Virus record (IMG/VR): IMGVR_UViG_3300008097_000010
Span: 1 to 47,159 of that record
Source of the DNA: a virus
Lineage: Duplodnaviria > Caudoviricetes
DNA length: 47,159 nt
Strand: one strand, 5' to 3'
A program made the position numbers and the translations under genes. Under the pieces are notes generated by a model that worked only from the letters and a program-made list of their open reading frames with translations, did not search any database and was not told the origin of the DNA. The stretch's first letter is position 1; each line of letters begins with the position of its first letter. This document shows positions 10,501 through 22,700 of this stretch, one piece after another.

Positions 10501-13500
10501 GATACAGAAGGTGCTGGTCTTGTTCTATCAAAAGGATCTACTGTATATTTTTCTACCTTTCTACCTGAACTAATTTCTGGTGGAAGTTCATATACGCCTC
10601 CACCTACACCTGCTATAAGACTATCCAGAATATAAGATTGAGGAACAATCTCCCAAGATTCACCAATCTTATGTTCTGGTGCTTTAACTCTTACATATCC
10701 AATCTGTACACCATTTTTCATAATCTTTGCATTTTCACCTATAGTGAAAGATCCAGATTGCATTTCAATTTCAATCAATTTAGGGAATATATCAGGTATT
10801 CCACTATCCAATTTATGATAATGTTTAGTAAATGCCTTTAATCCATTAGCGTTAAATCCAACGTTTCTGGATCTCATAAATGGATCCGTTGCACCACTAA
10901 TCTTAATACTTTCAACATAATCAAATTCTTTAGAAGGACCTTCTAATGTATTAGTGAAACTTGTTTCAATAGTCCTTGTAGTGGTTGTAGTTTTAGTAGT
11001 TGTGGTATCAACATGATTTCCTATCCAATCTCTACTATCATCAGGTTCAACCTCGACAGAAGTTACATCAACATCAGTTTTAGATGCAGTTGTATCAGAC
11101 TCAACATTAGATGATTCTACCCATGTTGCCCCAGTAGATTCTTTTCTCCAATTATCAACATAGATTGTTCTTATCCAGTTATCTGATGCTGGATCAAGTA
11201 TTATACCACCAACATAAACAATAACATTAAATGGATTAATATTTTCAACATTTGATGCTTGAGTATTTTTAATCCAATCAACTTCACTATATGCTAAAGT
11301 TAATAAATCACCTGTTTTTTGGCAATTTTCATCTAATAGTTTATAATTCGCTGAAGTATCTACTATTCTTTCATCAAGACTTGGCATAAGTGCCAATTCA
11401 GCAGGAATTGACCACATATCAACTGCACTAATCAATTCTTTATTAACTACATCAACATCACATCTAGAACCATCTTCAGTTCTCTTTCCAGTAGCATTAA
11501 AATCTATAAAACTTCTATCTTTAAAATCATTTACTACAAACCCACTCTTAAATCTATCAATACCATCAGCATCTGTAACTTGTAATGATTTTGTATCAAG
11601 TTCAAGTGCTGTAAGAGAAGTCATAATCTCAAGATTATCAATTCTTTTTTCAAGTTTACCAATATCTCTCATGGTAAATCTTCTATTATCAAATAATTTA
11701 ATATTAGGATCAGTAATAGGATTATAAAGATAAGGTGGAAGACTTATCTGAGCTACCTCCATAGAATCACCAATTTCTGTTGGTGGTGCTGGTTTGTCAG
11801 CAGAAACTCCTTTAATAAGTTTAACTTGTTCAAATTTATTAATAACAAGTTTATCAATTCTTGGAAGATAATAAGTATATCCCAAAATAGAACTTTCATT
11901 TGGAGTTATTGAATATTTTGTATTCGTTTCAAATGATCTTGATTCAAACGCAAAAGGAGATCTATCTGTAGTTGTAGATGAATCAAAAGGTCTTACCCTT
12001 GGTCTAAAATCTAATATATCAGAGGCTCTATCCCTACCTATTGCTGGTATATCCGAAGTATATCTTTCTTTAGTATATGAATTTACTGTAAATAAATCTC
12101 CATTATTTCCACTTGCTACTTTATAGTAATCAAATATTACTAATAGTCTCTTAGATGGTACAGATCCATTATTTTTTCTAACCAATCTCGAATAATCTGA
12201 ATATTGTTTCTTATGTCCTTTATCAAGACTATAATTACTGGTCTTATCAATATAATTACCTGCAGTATAAGTTTGAAGAACAGATTCAATATTAGATTCT
12301 TTAAAGTTAATTGTCTCACCAACAGTAAAGGTATTTCCATTTAAATATACAAATTCTATATTTTCTCCATCAACTCTATTAACAATTTGTCCTATTGCTC
12401 TACTATCATTTCCAACAATCTTTTCACCTACAATTGAATTTTCATTTAAACTAAGTCCAGATACAAATGTTAATTTATCAAGAGTTGGTGCTACAGTATT
12501 CTTTGATTCATAAACAGCATGAATCTTAACAACGTCAGGAACATTTAATGATATATTATCATCTTCTACTCTCAAACCATAATACTTATTCTGAACCAAC
12601 CCACCATTAGTAGAAACACCAACAGTTTTTGATACTTCTAATTGAGAACTTCTTACATAATCTTTAGATTTACTAGTTAATCCAATTTTCTTTAGAGTTG
12701 TATTTAAAATTACCGCAGTAGAATTATTTAATCCAATAAATTCAATATCATTACCATTATTTTTAACATTGACTTGATTTGAACTTAATTTTTCTATAGC
12801 ACCAGTAGCATACATTAATGAATATTTTTCATCATCATAAGGTTCAAAAAATGCACTTGAAATACCAGTAGAAACATCTAATACATCAGAAGTAGATAGT
12901 TCTAATGTACCACTTGAAGAAGTTAACTTACCAGTAACTTGTTTTGAAATAATAACATTTGAATCTGATGTATCAACAGCAGAAATATTTTTCTTAGGAA
13001 GTTTTGTATATAATCCAGACTTATTAAGATTAATAATAGCAGGTCTTTTAATTCTAAATGTTGATGTAGTTGTTATACCTGCAGGTAAATATTGTGGTTT
13101 TCCTCCACATACACCTTCAACAACTTCAACTGGTTTAAGTGTCAGTTCACTCCCATCTGAACTTATAGCATCTACTATATTATAAGTATCATCACTTGCT
13201 AATCCAGTTGAAAATCCTACAATAGCACCAGTACTTATTCCAACTTTACCTGAAAATCTTCTTCTTGGGCAAGTTGCTTTAGATGTAGAAGAATCTACAC
13301 CTTCAATTGTTAACTGATCAAATCCAGAAAAATTAGGTAATATTTTATCATATAATACTGCATCAGCATTAAAATTAACTGCTAATTGGTTATTTAATGT
13401 AGATGACTTTTGATGAACTGATTTTATATCATCAACAGTATACGATTTTGCTGTAATAACTGTTGATTGTGAAGATGTATTCTGTTCGTTAATTTTTAAC

Positions 13501-15101
13501 GACTCACCTTGAACAAAAGTACCTGTAGTTTGGGATAAAATAAGTTCACTTGGATTATGTCCAGAAACATAACCAACCGCACCACTACTTACACCTCTAA
13601 CTCTACTATGCAAAGGTATTTGAGTTGCTATTGTTCCTGGATTTGATATTTGAAGATATGTATAAGTTTGTACATCAAATAGATATAAATCCCATACAGT
13701 AGAACTACCAGTATATGGAGCATCTGCTAAACCAAACCAATAAACTCTAGCCTGACCTACCTTAACACCAGGACCCTGTGCAGGGTTAGAAGAAGATAAT
13801 CTTCTTTCATTATGCAATGATACAACATTTTCACCACTACCAACTGGATCTCCAATGTTTATATAAGGGAATCCATCAATATTATTAATCTTAAGTAAAC
13901 TTCCCATTTGGAAACCAACTGAAGAAGATTTTATAGTTTTAGTATCTCTTGGTTTGTCAATATCTAAAACAGTTGTTCCTGGTAAATTTACATCAAAACC
14001 TCTAACATATGCTGTACCTGGAGATAACTTAACACACATTGTATCTTCAGAAGGATCATTACCTTCGTCAGTTTTTTCAGTATCAAGATATAATCCAGCA
14101 GAATCAATTTCATTATTCAAAGAATTTTGAATATTTACTCTAAATGGTTTTACAGCATAATTTCCAGATTCTTCATATGTTCTTTTAGCAAAATACTTCT
14201 TAATTTCAGAATAAACTGATGTATCTTGAAGTTTCTTTATTTCACCCTTACGTATTCTTATTAATTCTACAAAATTAGTATCATTAAAATCTAAAAGAGA
14301 TTTTTTGGCTAATTTAACTCTTATTCTAAATCTATCAGCACCTGGTGCAGCATAATTAGTAAATCCTTTTGCATTATCATTTAATGATGGATCATCATTA
14401 GCATTAACAACTTCTTCAATAACATCAAAACCTACTCTATAAGAAGGTTTATTTGAATAAGGTTCAAGAACAATAAGAGACTTTTCAACATCTACAAATG
14501 TTCCTCTTACAAAATAAACACCATTATCAACACCTACAGCAGATCCTATTGAAGTTGCATCTTCTGTTGATAATGTTAATACAGTTTCACCTGCAACCAA
14601 AGTTGTATTTCCGTAAGTAACATTCTCCTCTAATAAAAGTATTTCAGCATTTGGAAAAGAAGTACTTTCTCCAGTTGATCCAGACTCAGTATACTTAATA
14701 AAAATAGTAATATCATCAATACCATCATTAGGTGGTAAGATATAATTCTTGATAGTTCCAACTATTTGAGAATTCTGCCCCTTTACTCTTGTACCTTTAC
14801 CATTATTATTATTAATTAAAGCATCAAGATATACTGTAATATCAATTCCAAGATGATCTGGATTTACTTTAGCTGAAAAATATGTGCTATCATACGTTAC
14901 AGATCCTGGTATAACCATAGATCCTTCTTTAAAAATATGACTTCCAAAAGATTCTAATTGGTTTTGTAATATTGATTGCAGACCTGTTAATTCTCTAGCC
15001 TGAACAGGATGTCCTGGCTTAAATAAAACCTTATAAAAATTATCTGCCTTATCAAAATCATCATAATAAGGACTTATATTTAAGTTAGTCTTTTGTGGCA
15101 T
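7542..15101 (-). CDS. Large virion structural protein, DUF4815/VrlC-like (2519 aa)
   Basis: N-terminal NLNISPYYDDFD...VLFKPG.PVQARELT.LQS, APGADRF, DPLAQSF, C-terminal DFRAIALA; follows gp8. Confidence 0.9.
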   Translation of the reverse strand: MPQKTNLNISPYYDDFDKADNFYKVLFKPGHPVQARELTGLQSILQNQLESFGSHIFKEGSMVIPGSVTYDSTYFSAKVNPDHLGIDITVYLDALINNNNGKGTRVKGQNSQIVGTIKNYILPPNDGIDDITIFIKYTESGSTGESTSFPNAEILLLEENVTYGNTTLVAGETVLTLSTEDATSIGSAVGVDNGVYFVRGTFVDVEKSLIVLEPYSNKPSYRVGFDVIEEVVNANDDPSLNDNAKGFTNYAAPGADRFRIRVKLAKKSLLDFNDTNFVELIRIRKGEIKKLQDTSVYSEIKKYFAKRTYEESGNYAVKPFRVNIQNSLNNEIDSAGLYLDTEKTDEGNDPSEDTMCVKLSPGTAYVRGFDVNLPGTTVLDIDKPRDTKTIKSSSVGFQMGSLLKINNIDGFPYINIGDPVGSGENVVSLHNERRLSSSNPAQGPGVKVGQARVYWFGLADAPYTGSSTVWDLYLFDVQTYTYLQISNPGTIATQIPLHSRVRGVSSGAVGYVSGHNPSELILSQTTGTFVQGESLKINEQNTSSQSTVITAKSYTVDDIKSVHQKSSTLNNQLAVNFNADAVLYDKILPNFSGFDQLTIEGVDSSTSKATCPRRRFSGKVGISTGAIVGFSTGLASDDTYNIVDAISSDGSELTLKPVEVVEGVCGGKPQYLPAGITTTSTFRIKRPAIINLNKSGLYTKLPKKNISAVDTSDSNVIISKQVTGKLTSSSGTLELSTSDVLDVSTGISSAFFEPYDDEKYSLMYATGAIEKLSSNQVNVKNNGNDIEFIGLNNSTAVILNTTLKKIGLTSKSKDYVRSSQLEVSKTVGVSTNGGLVQNKYYGLRVEDDNISLNVPDVVKIHAVYESKNTVAPTLDKLTFVSGLSLNENSIVGEKIVGNDSRAIGQIVNRVDGENIEFVYLNGNTFTVGETINFKESNIESVLQTYTAGNYIDKTSNYSLDKGHKKQYSDYSRLVRKNNGSVPSKRLLVIFDYYKVASGNNGDLFTVNSYTKERYTSDIPAIGRDRASDILDFRPRVRPFDSSTTTDRSPFAFESRSFETNTKYSITPNESSILGYTYYLPRIDKLVINKFEQVKLIKGVSADKPAPPTEIGDSMEVAQISLPPYLYNPITDPNIKLFDNRRFTMRDIGKLEKRIDNLEIMTSLTALELDTKSLQVTDADGIDRFKSGFVVNDFKDRSFIDFNATGKRTEDGSRCDVDVVNKELISAVDMWSIPAELALMPSLDERIVDTSANYKLLDENCQKTGDLLTLAYSEVDWIKNTQASNVENINPFNVIVYVGGIILDPASDNWIRTIYVDNWRKESTGATWVESSNVESDTTASKTDVDVTSVEVEPDDSRDWIGNHVDTTTTKTTTTTRTIETSFTNTLEGPSKEFDYVESIKISGATDPFMRSRNVGFNANGLKAFTKHYHKLDSGIPDIFPKLIEIEMQSGSFTIGENAKIMKNGVQIGYVRVKAPEHKIGESWEIVPQSYILDSLIAGVGGGVYELPPEISSGRKVEKYTVDPFDRTRPAPSVSYSATSKLFNIDIVALANSPSYYGYVVDGANIVGEQSGANATVTDVSLYSDNWGDVLGTFFFRDANQSPMPHNLFYTGTKTFRITATPPGTVTLPGSTAYASDASGTYTGTGSILTQATSTVGVRVPPAPTQKPNSITHQVSVNQESDTVRVEAPYRDPLAQSFAVDESGAFLTSFDVYFASKDPNARVFVELRDVELGTPTSFLVQDYAQVALSPDDIQVSDDASIATNIRFPSPVYLEAGKEYAIVFLSPSSDLYEMWVSTMGQKTIRTANLPDVESAIVTKQYIGGSLFKSQNGTIWTPSQYQDLTFTLYKASFVPSGTVTFYNSPIEPGNENTQTLSNNPIRTHPRKLKVSLSGTAASATLPIGRKVSTGAIADPEDSSVTGIIERIGSGLDTNASPAESELEIIARGNDYAFTNTNLIPLKAVTGNGSGATVSVSITNGIIDANGLTNITSGTGYVVGDILTIDNSSALVTSGYGARFAVAKINSALDTLYLTDVQGQEFTNGDQLIHYGASNDTRTEVAGTTIGSNGSQVLSDINTGNVLEITQPNHAHHGINNVVKIQNIKPDSILTQTSLEITESSTSVSVADTSCFVQFAGIVTDRGQALIGQEIVEYVLDHQNKLALSSRGLEDSTASVHAKGSTIQPYQINGFPLVGINSTINLPSNTTLRNASNIDNYFLEIDRGTSSRSSGKTMLCFTDEKGVGGNSVKVSQNHQFSSLSPKFNVITPGNGTRASASIRTVSGTSAGGNEISFIDQGFEPTILNETTFFPTPRLCCSKTNESERLTNLPKHKSVTLKVDMTSTDKNLSPVLDIKNAMFELGRNKINNPIGVDNYDTDSRTNAVLDDPHGSMFISKRVNLAQPATSIRVLVAANVRSEADIRVFYRLYSADSTEVSQSYRPFPGYTNLIDLDGDGFGDEIIDSSKNDGRADAKVESNNIDGFSEYQFTVNDLEQFSGFNIKIVMTSTNESVPVRLKDFRAIALA

Positions 15102-15107
15102 TTTTCT

Positions 15108-16676
15108 TTAGAATTCCAGGATGATTTTAACGTCTTCTTTTTGTCGCTCATTTCGAGCAATCAATGGTCTATTATCTAAGTAAATAATATCCCCCGATCC
15201 TTTATTTATCTCAGAATCGGATAACCCATTTTTAAATGTAGTTCCTAAATTTATTAACTTAGTTCCAGTTGGGTTTGTACTAATACCACTAAATCCAGTA
15301 TCTATATTTGCAGAGAAATTAGAAACTTCTCCTAATATAACATTAGCAGTTGATTCAAACTCATATATTCTACCAGAAGTTGAAATACCAGCATAATCAG
15401 TTTGATCATTTGTAGTAGTATAATTTAAAGATCTATCTCTAAAATACTTTAGTACTTGAGTCTTTTTATCCCAAGAAGCAATATAACCCTCTGCTATTTG
15501 ATTAGTTTGGGTAGTTTGAACTATTTTCTCACCAATAGTTGGAGTACCAGTAATAGTAGATAGTTTAAGTGCTTGTAATGATGAAAAATCATTAGTAGTA
15601 TAAGTATTTGCTGTTCCAACTGTTGTTGGATTTTTTACTATTCCAATCTGAGAGAATTTAGTATCAGTTGGAAAATCCTTAGTAGAATCATCAAATCTTG
15701 CATAAATTAAAACTTTATCTGTACCTAATTCTTTATAGATATCAGATCCATGTCCAAGAGCTGGTGGGATAATAGGAACAAGTTTAGCTCTATTATTAGC
15801 AGGAACATTATTACTTATCGAACCTAAATCGACAAGTGCATAACTATAACCTTGTCCACCTGAACTTACAGTTACATTAGTTATCGTACCACTAACAACA
15901 TCAACTCTTGCTTTAGCACCAGTACCATCACCTATGATACTGACTTCTTGTCCCAATCCTTCAGCATATCCACCACCACCACTTTCAATATATACATGTT
16001 TAATTTGATTATTATTTACTACTGAATTTCCATTTTCCCTAACAGCTCTTATCTGAGCATCTGCTGTAGTAGTCCAACTATTAGGTACGGTAATATATTC
16101 TGTAGAATCAAATTTAATAATATCACTTGGAGAAACTGTAAAAAGATACTTCCAAATATAACCATCTCCACTATTACCAGCTCTTGATGGTTCTAAATCA
16201 GTGAATGTTGGTTCATCCTGAGAAATATTTCCTTTAGCAGTTTGTGATGTACGATCTCCAGTAGATCCATTAGATATACAAATATAAACTCTATAATCCT
16301 CATTCATTACATAATATTTTGCACCATATAATCTACTTGCACTTTCAATAGGAGATGGATTATCTGAACTATAATCATCTCTATACATTTCATATCTAGA
16401 TCCAGCAGTCCAGTTAACTCTTTTAATAATTCTTCTTATATTTTTAGATGATATCTTTTTACCAAACATCATGGTATCACCAACATGAGCAAGGCGTGAA
16501 AAACTATCAACTGGATCTGGTGTATTTGTTTTCCATGAAGAAGATCTTCCAAATCCTTCAATATCTGGGTTAGGTAGTCCAATGAAAACATAGTATGCAT
16601 TCTCATCAGACTCAACAGAATCTACAAAGTTATTGGCGTTCAGAATTCTAAACTGGTCAGTGACAATTGCCGACAT
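15108..16676 (-). CDS. gp8: Baseplate wedge subunit
   Basis: MSAIVTDQFRILNA, YYVMNEDYRVYICISNG, DGYIWKYLF, C-terminal EDVKIILEF. Confidence 0.93.
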   Translation of the reverse strand: MSAIVTDQFRILNANNFVDSVESDENAYYVFIGLPNPDIEGFGRSSSWKTNTPDPVDSFSRLAHVGDTMMFGKKISSKNIRRIIKRVNWTAGSRYEMYRDDYSSDNPSPIESASRLYGAKYYVMNEDYRVYICISNGSTGDRTSQTAKGNISQDEPTFTDLEPSRAGNSGDGYIWKYLFTVSPSDIIKFDSTEYITVPNSWTTTADAQIRAVRENGNSVVNNNQIKHVYIESGGGGYAEGLGQEVSIIGDGTGAKARVDVVSGTITNVTVSSGGQGYSYALVDLGSISNNVPANNRAKLVPIIPPALGHGSDIYKELGTDKVLIYARFDDSTKDFPTDTKFSQIGIVKNPTTVGTANTYTTNDFSSLQALKLSTITGTPTIGEKIVQTTQTNQIAEGYIASWDKKTQVLKYFRDRSLNYTTTNDQTDYAGISTSGRIYEFESTANVILGEVSNFSANIDTGFSGISTNPTGTKLINLGTTFKNGLSDSEINKGSGDIIYLDNRPLIARNERQKEDVKIILEF

Positions 16677-16702
16677 ATCTATAACATTAAACTTTTTTTC
16701 TT

Positions 16703-16710
16703 TATTTATA
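16703..16710 (-). promoter_or_regulatory. T4-type late promoter TATAAATA
   Basis: Exact consensus in the gp7-gp8 gap, about 27 nt upstream of the gp8 ATG. Confidence 0.8.
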
Positions 16711-16726
16711 GCAGATTATTGGTCAA

Positions 16727-19700
16727 TTAGATTTGTACTCTAATAGCACCAGTATTTCTCAAACCTTGTAATGAATTTAAACCACCATAGTTCCTTCTTT
16801 GTATTGTTGGGAATGTGGTTAATCCAGCATCAACAGTTAATCCAGTTACACCAATAGAAATTGGATTACTTGATCGTTTTCCATTATATATTCTACCCCA
16901 TGATATTCTTCCAAATGAAGTTGTTAATCCAGAATTAGCAGATGAAGTATATCCATCATAATATCCACTTACAGCAAATCCAACAATAGTATCGGTTGTG
17001 CTTAGTATATTACATGTAATCTCTGCTCTTTGATCTTCAACATAAACTGAAGCAACCTTGTAAATATTATCAAGATATGTTGAACCAATACTTACTATTT
17101 CATTATCATTATTATCAACGGAAGTAACTGCTGCTCCACCTTTAGCTGCTGTCCACCTATTGTTGGTTTGTTGGTATGATCCATCATTGAATGGTAAATG
17201 TGCTCCTGTAGTAACAATACCAGATAAATTAAATTCAGTATCTTTTATTAATACAGGATATCCAACTTTCAAATCTGTTGCATTTTTATCTGCATAGAAA
17301 TAGAATTTCAATGCTAAAGGATGACCATTAGTTCCAGTAGTTGTTGATATACCAGTAATAATTCCAGCAAATCCCTGAACATTCTGTATCTCTGTCAATT
17401 GTTCAGTAGTATATTCTACTGATTTTATTAAAACTTGTGGTGGTGCAGAGTGAGTATAACCAGAACCAGGATTAGTAATGGTTGTTCCAGTAACAGATCC
17501 ATTTAATATAGTTGCAGTTGCGGATGCAGTTACACCAGAACCAACAGACGTATGGATACCTGAGAAACTTAATTGGTAGTTATTACCATCAGTATAACCA
17601 GAACCAACATTTGTAATATCTAAAGATCCAATTTGACCAGAATTATTAACAATTGCAGTAAATCCAGCAGAAACTGCATCTTTAGATGGCATCATTAAAG
17701 CATCTACTGATATAATATTAATTCCATACCTATCATCCAATGAAAGATGTAATGGTCCTTCTTCGTAGAAGAATGATTCTGCATCATCAACAAAAATACC
17801 ATCATCAACACCAGCAGTAGTTCCAGTATCTACTTTAACATCACCAATAATTCTTGCAGTTGGATATACTTGTGGTTCAATAGTTTCTCTTGACTTAGAA
17901 ATTAAATCACCCTTAATCCATCTATCAACTTTTTGTTTAGTCCATTCAAGTGGTTTTGGAGTAACTTCATTAATTCCTGGACCATTATAGATGGTAGTTT
18001 CAATAAGATCAGATCCAAGTATTTCTTTAATGATTCTTCCAGTTTCTTGAGTTTCTGTGTATGGATCTACATTTTCATCAAGATATTTTGGATGCTTACG
18101 AATCCTAACTGAATCACCAACTTTAAGTGTTTCCGTTACATTAACTATTTCAATATCAACTCCATCTTGACCCTTATAGAAGAATATATCAACTTTATCA
18201 CTATCCATTGGTGCTTCAGTGAATACAAATGTAGTTCCACCTTGGAATTGATATGATATATTTGGTGTTTGAAGTACACCATTAACAAATATTAGTAGTA
18301 CTGCATTTAAATCTATTTGAGATGATAATTTAGCAGTCTCATCGATTTCAAAACTCAATAATTGTCCGTTGAAGAATAGAGGGAATCTCTTTCTAACACC
18401 ATTTTGTAATGAACCAACACTATCAATAAAATCTAATTCTCCAAACTGCCAAGCAGAGAAGAAATCACTAAATGTTTCAACAACTTCAAGTTCAAATTCT
18501 TGTAGTGGTTTTTGTAATCTCTTATCATGTACTAAACCAATTGGTTTAAATTTATCACCAATCTTAAATGAATGTCCAGGTCTTGCAATTTTGAAATCAG
18601 ATATTTCAAACATACTTCTTGCAGTACCTACTGTAGTTGCTGCTGCTCCAACTGAAAGATTAACAAGTAAATTTTCGCCAGTATCTGCTGTTAATCCAAT
18701 ACCAAGTCTTGAAACACCTACAACTGGTAAATTCTCATATACTGGATCTTCAACTTGAAGTTGTGGATTAACATATCTACCACCAGCATTTTTGATAGTA
18801 AAGTCTAATGCACCACCAGTTCCTGCAGGTGATTTACCAACATTTACTCTAAACCAATCAGTAGAAGACTTACCAACAGGTACTCCAACATTATGAACAG
18901 GATCTGTTGTTCTTGGATAAGTGTGAAGTGTCTGATGCTGATCATGAGCACAAGTTAATGTTATAGATTCAGTAGCAATTCCAATAATCTGATTTGCTTT
19001 GTAAATACATCCATCTACAATATGAGTATATTGATGATCAAACTTATTATCAGAAGGATTTGGATTTACATTAACTTTAAAAGTGTTTATTGTCTTATTT
19101 GTAATGGTCAACCATCTTCCACTTGCATAATCAGTAGGTCTTGGATAATGATGTTTAGTTGTATGATTATCCTTTGAACAAGTGAATGTTAATGAATTAT
19201 CTTCAATTAATATAGAATCACCAACAACAAATCCATGTCCATTCTTAGTAATTGTTAGGACTCCATTGTTCTTATTATACGCAACAGTTGTAGGTGTAAT
19301 AGTACTACATCCAACAAATCCATGAGATGGGCTTGTTACCTGCATCCAACCAGTTGCAGGATCATAATCAACATTATCTGCATTCTTTTCAATAAGTCCA
19401 GTGTATGCTACTCCTGGTAACGCACTAACAAACTTATGCTTATTTGGTGCTATTGTTGCTTCAACAATTCCACCTGTTCCACCACCTCCACCAGATCCAA
19501 CATTAATTGTTATGGTATTATTAGTTACTGATTCAAGACCTAATTTAGCATTAGATGCTGGATCAGTAGTTCTTGGATAAGTATGCTTACCAAGATGATT
19601 ATCTCTTGAACAAGTAAATGTTAATGAATTATCTACAACTGTAACAACGCTGGTTGCCTTTAGAATGCCTCCATCTGCTGAAGATGCAAATAGATGGGTA

Positions 19701-22700
19701 TAATTACCACCAGTCTTCACAGAAGCATTTAAAGCACTCTTAAAGGTGTGTTTGGTAGTGTTTGAAGAAGGTATATTAGTTAATACTTTAAGTGTAATTG
19801 TATTAGTAGTTACAGACTCAATTTTAATAGCAGTATTATGATAAGGATCAGTTGCTCTTGGATAAGCTTTCTCTGAGGTATTGTTATCAACATCACATGT
19901 AAATTTAATAGATTCTTCTAATAATCTAACATGAGTTCCTGGTCTCAAAGTATGAGATCCAATAGTCAATTCCATTAATCCAGTTACAGGATCATAATTA
20001 GCATCTGTTGGTGTAAATGTAACTTCTGGTGAAGTTCCTACATCTAAATCAAAAGTATTAGTTTGCTTATTTGAAACTTGTATCCACTTACCACTAATTG
20101 GATCTGATTCTCTTGGGTATGAATGAGTAGAAGTATCATTATCCATTCCACAAGTGAATACTATAGAATGATCTTTGACTTTAACCCAATCATTATTATT
20201 AAAAGTATGTCCAGCCATAGTGACTGTCAATTTTCCAGTTGTTGGATTATATGATGCAGTGTCTGCTTTATGTGCAGTTGCTGCAGTTAAATTATGATTA
20301 CCAACAGTCAATATCAAATTACCTGAGAATGACTCATAAATTGCATCTGTTGGAGTTAGATTTCCAGCACCGTCAATATTAATACTATTATTTGTAGATT
20401 CTATAAACTTATGGTCATATTCTATGTCAGTAACACCTATTGCAACAGGTGATCTATATCCAGATCCAGTTGTTAAATCTGCATAATATTCGTAGGCATA
20501 AGCAGATGGACTTTCTTGGAATTCATGATGAATAGTAGTAATACCTGCATTAACTTCAAATGATCTTTCAGAAACTATTCCAACGACAAATAATGGACGT
20601 TCGTGATCTTGGAAAATAGATGTTGTAACACCAACATAATTAAGTGTTTGAACAGCATCAGGAGATGCTAATAAGAAGGTATGAGTATCAGTATTAGTTG
20701 GTGTTGTACTCAATAAAACATTAACTTTAAATGTGTCTGGAGTTACTGTATTAATATAAAGATACTTATCATAAGCAGGATCCGTTTCTCTAGGATATGT
20801 TTTTGCTACATTACCACTAACAGCACCAACATTAGCAGTAATACTACCACTAGATTGATCTACAGCAACAATTGCAATAGCAGTATTATATGCAGGGTCT
20901 GTTGAGCGAGGATAAGTCTTAACAGAAGTACCACCATCAGCAGTACAAGTAAATGATAACTTACCAGCACCTATTGTTACTGTATCACTGGTTGTAAAGG
21001 TGTGTGTTCCAATATTCATCACACAAAGACCAGTAGCAGGATCATATGCAGCAGATGTTACATCTTTCTGAACACTACCATTAATTGTTACTGCATTAGT
21101 TGCTGTTCCACCAGACCATGTATGTGCTGAATTTACACCATACTGACACTTAAATGATAAAGATTCTTTCTTAAACTTAATAGCATCTCCATCCTGAAGA
21201 CCATGATTGACAATTTTTATCGTTAAATCTCCAGTTGATGGATCATATGATGTTCCAGTAACAGGTTGCCCAACAGTCTTAGTTGGACATGTAAATTCCA
21301 ATCCCTTCAACTTAACAGTAGTTGGAAGATCTCCAGAGAAACCATGAACATCATTAGTTGTAACTGTTATAATTCCAGTTCTATAATTGTAAGCAGCAGT
21401 TTGAATTCCAAGGTTCTTTCCAGATGATGTTCCTACGCCAACAATACCATTAAGAGAACCAGCAGTAAATAAATTTGAATTATCCTTCAAATCAACTTTT
21501 ACATTACCACCAACAAGAGGAGCATAACCAAGACCTGGTGTTGATCCCATAGAAACAATCAGACCACCTCTTGGTAATTGGTTTTGATTAATATCAAATA
21601 CTGATTGTATTTTTTGTCCATTTTCTGAAGAAATTCCAGTAAATATTACACTTGAAATACCAGCAACAGTATCATTATTAAATTCATAGTTATTTCCAGA
21701 GTTATTAATTGTTAATGGTGTTTGGAATACTCCATTAATGAATAATATTCCATTACCAATACCAACACCTGTAGTTGTATTAGCACCACCTACAGTCATT
21801 GTATAAGTTCTACCAATTCCCGTAAACACATCAGATATATCATCAAATACCATATTGGTATCATAATTACTTCTCAAGAATGTTCTACCACTAAATTCTG
21901 CTCTTACATATGGTAAATTTGTAATACTTCTACGTTCTCTTGTATTTCCTTTAGGTGGATCTAAGAACCATACAGTACTATCCACAATATTAAAGGATCC
22001 TCTATGAACTCTTACTTCAGAATCAGCATTATGATCAGCAGCAGATATACCAAGAGAACCTCTAGCGACTCTAACAACTGGTAATGTACAAATACCAAGA
22101 GCAACATCTTTGGAATCGTTTATAGTTCCAAGACCAACACTTGCAAATCCTACCTGCTCAACCTTCATATATTCATTATCAATTTTAAGAACATCTCTTG
22201 GTTGAACTGAACTAATTCCACTCAAAACAAATTGTGATGTTCCAGCACCAATATTATTCTCAAGATTATGTTTAATTGATGTAAATGTAATTGGTTGTTG
22301 AACTATTCCATCAAGACCAATTACAGTCTTACTCAATTTTTTCTTCATTCCAATTTTATGGGCATTACCTTCACCTACACCAGTAAATGTAATTCCAACA
22401 CCAGAACTAATATATTCTAATCTACTGTATAATTTAAATTTATTTTCATCAATAACATTAACAAAAACTGTTGTTGGTAAAATATCTGTTGTCAATCCAG
22501 CATTAGTAGTTGTTTGACCTATTGATACTCCAGTAGCACCAACTCCAACAAATGTTGATGCTGGTTCATATTCTAATTCTTCATTTGTATTAAAGAAATG
22601 ATTTGGAATAGTAAAGATACCAGTTACTTTATCTAACTGCGTAGTATCTGCAGGATTGAAAGTTTTACTGTAAATTGGAACATTTTCATGTTCAAGATCA

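Noticed and set aside
7542-15101. Reading the VrlC-like label as a virulence factor
   Set aside because: Its position after gp8 and its motifs indicate an ordinary large virion protein of T4-like phages.
5103-15101. Absence of recognisable gp9-gp12 and wac between gp8 and gp13
   Set aside because: This is the usual arrangement in T4-like cyanophages and is not novel.
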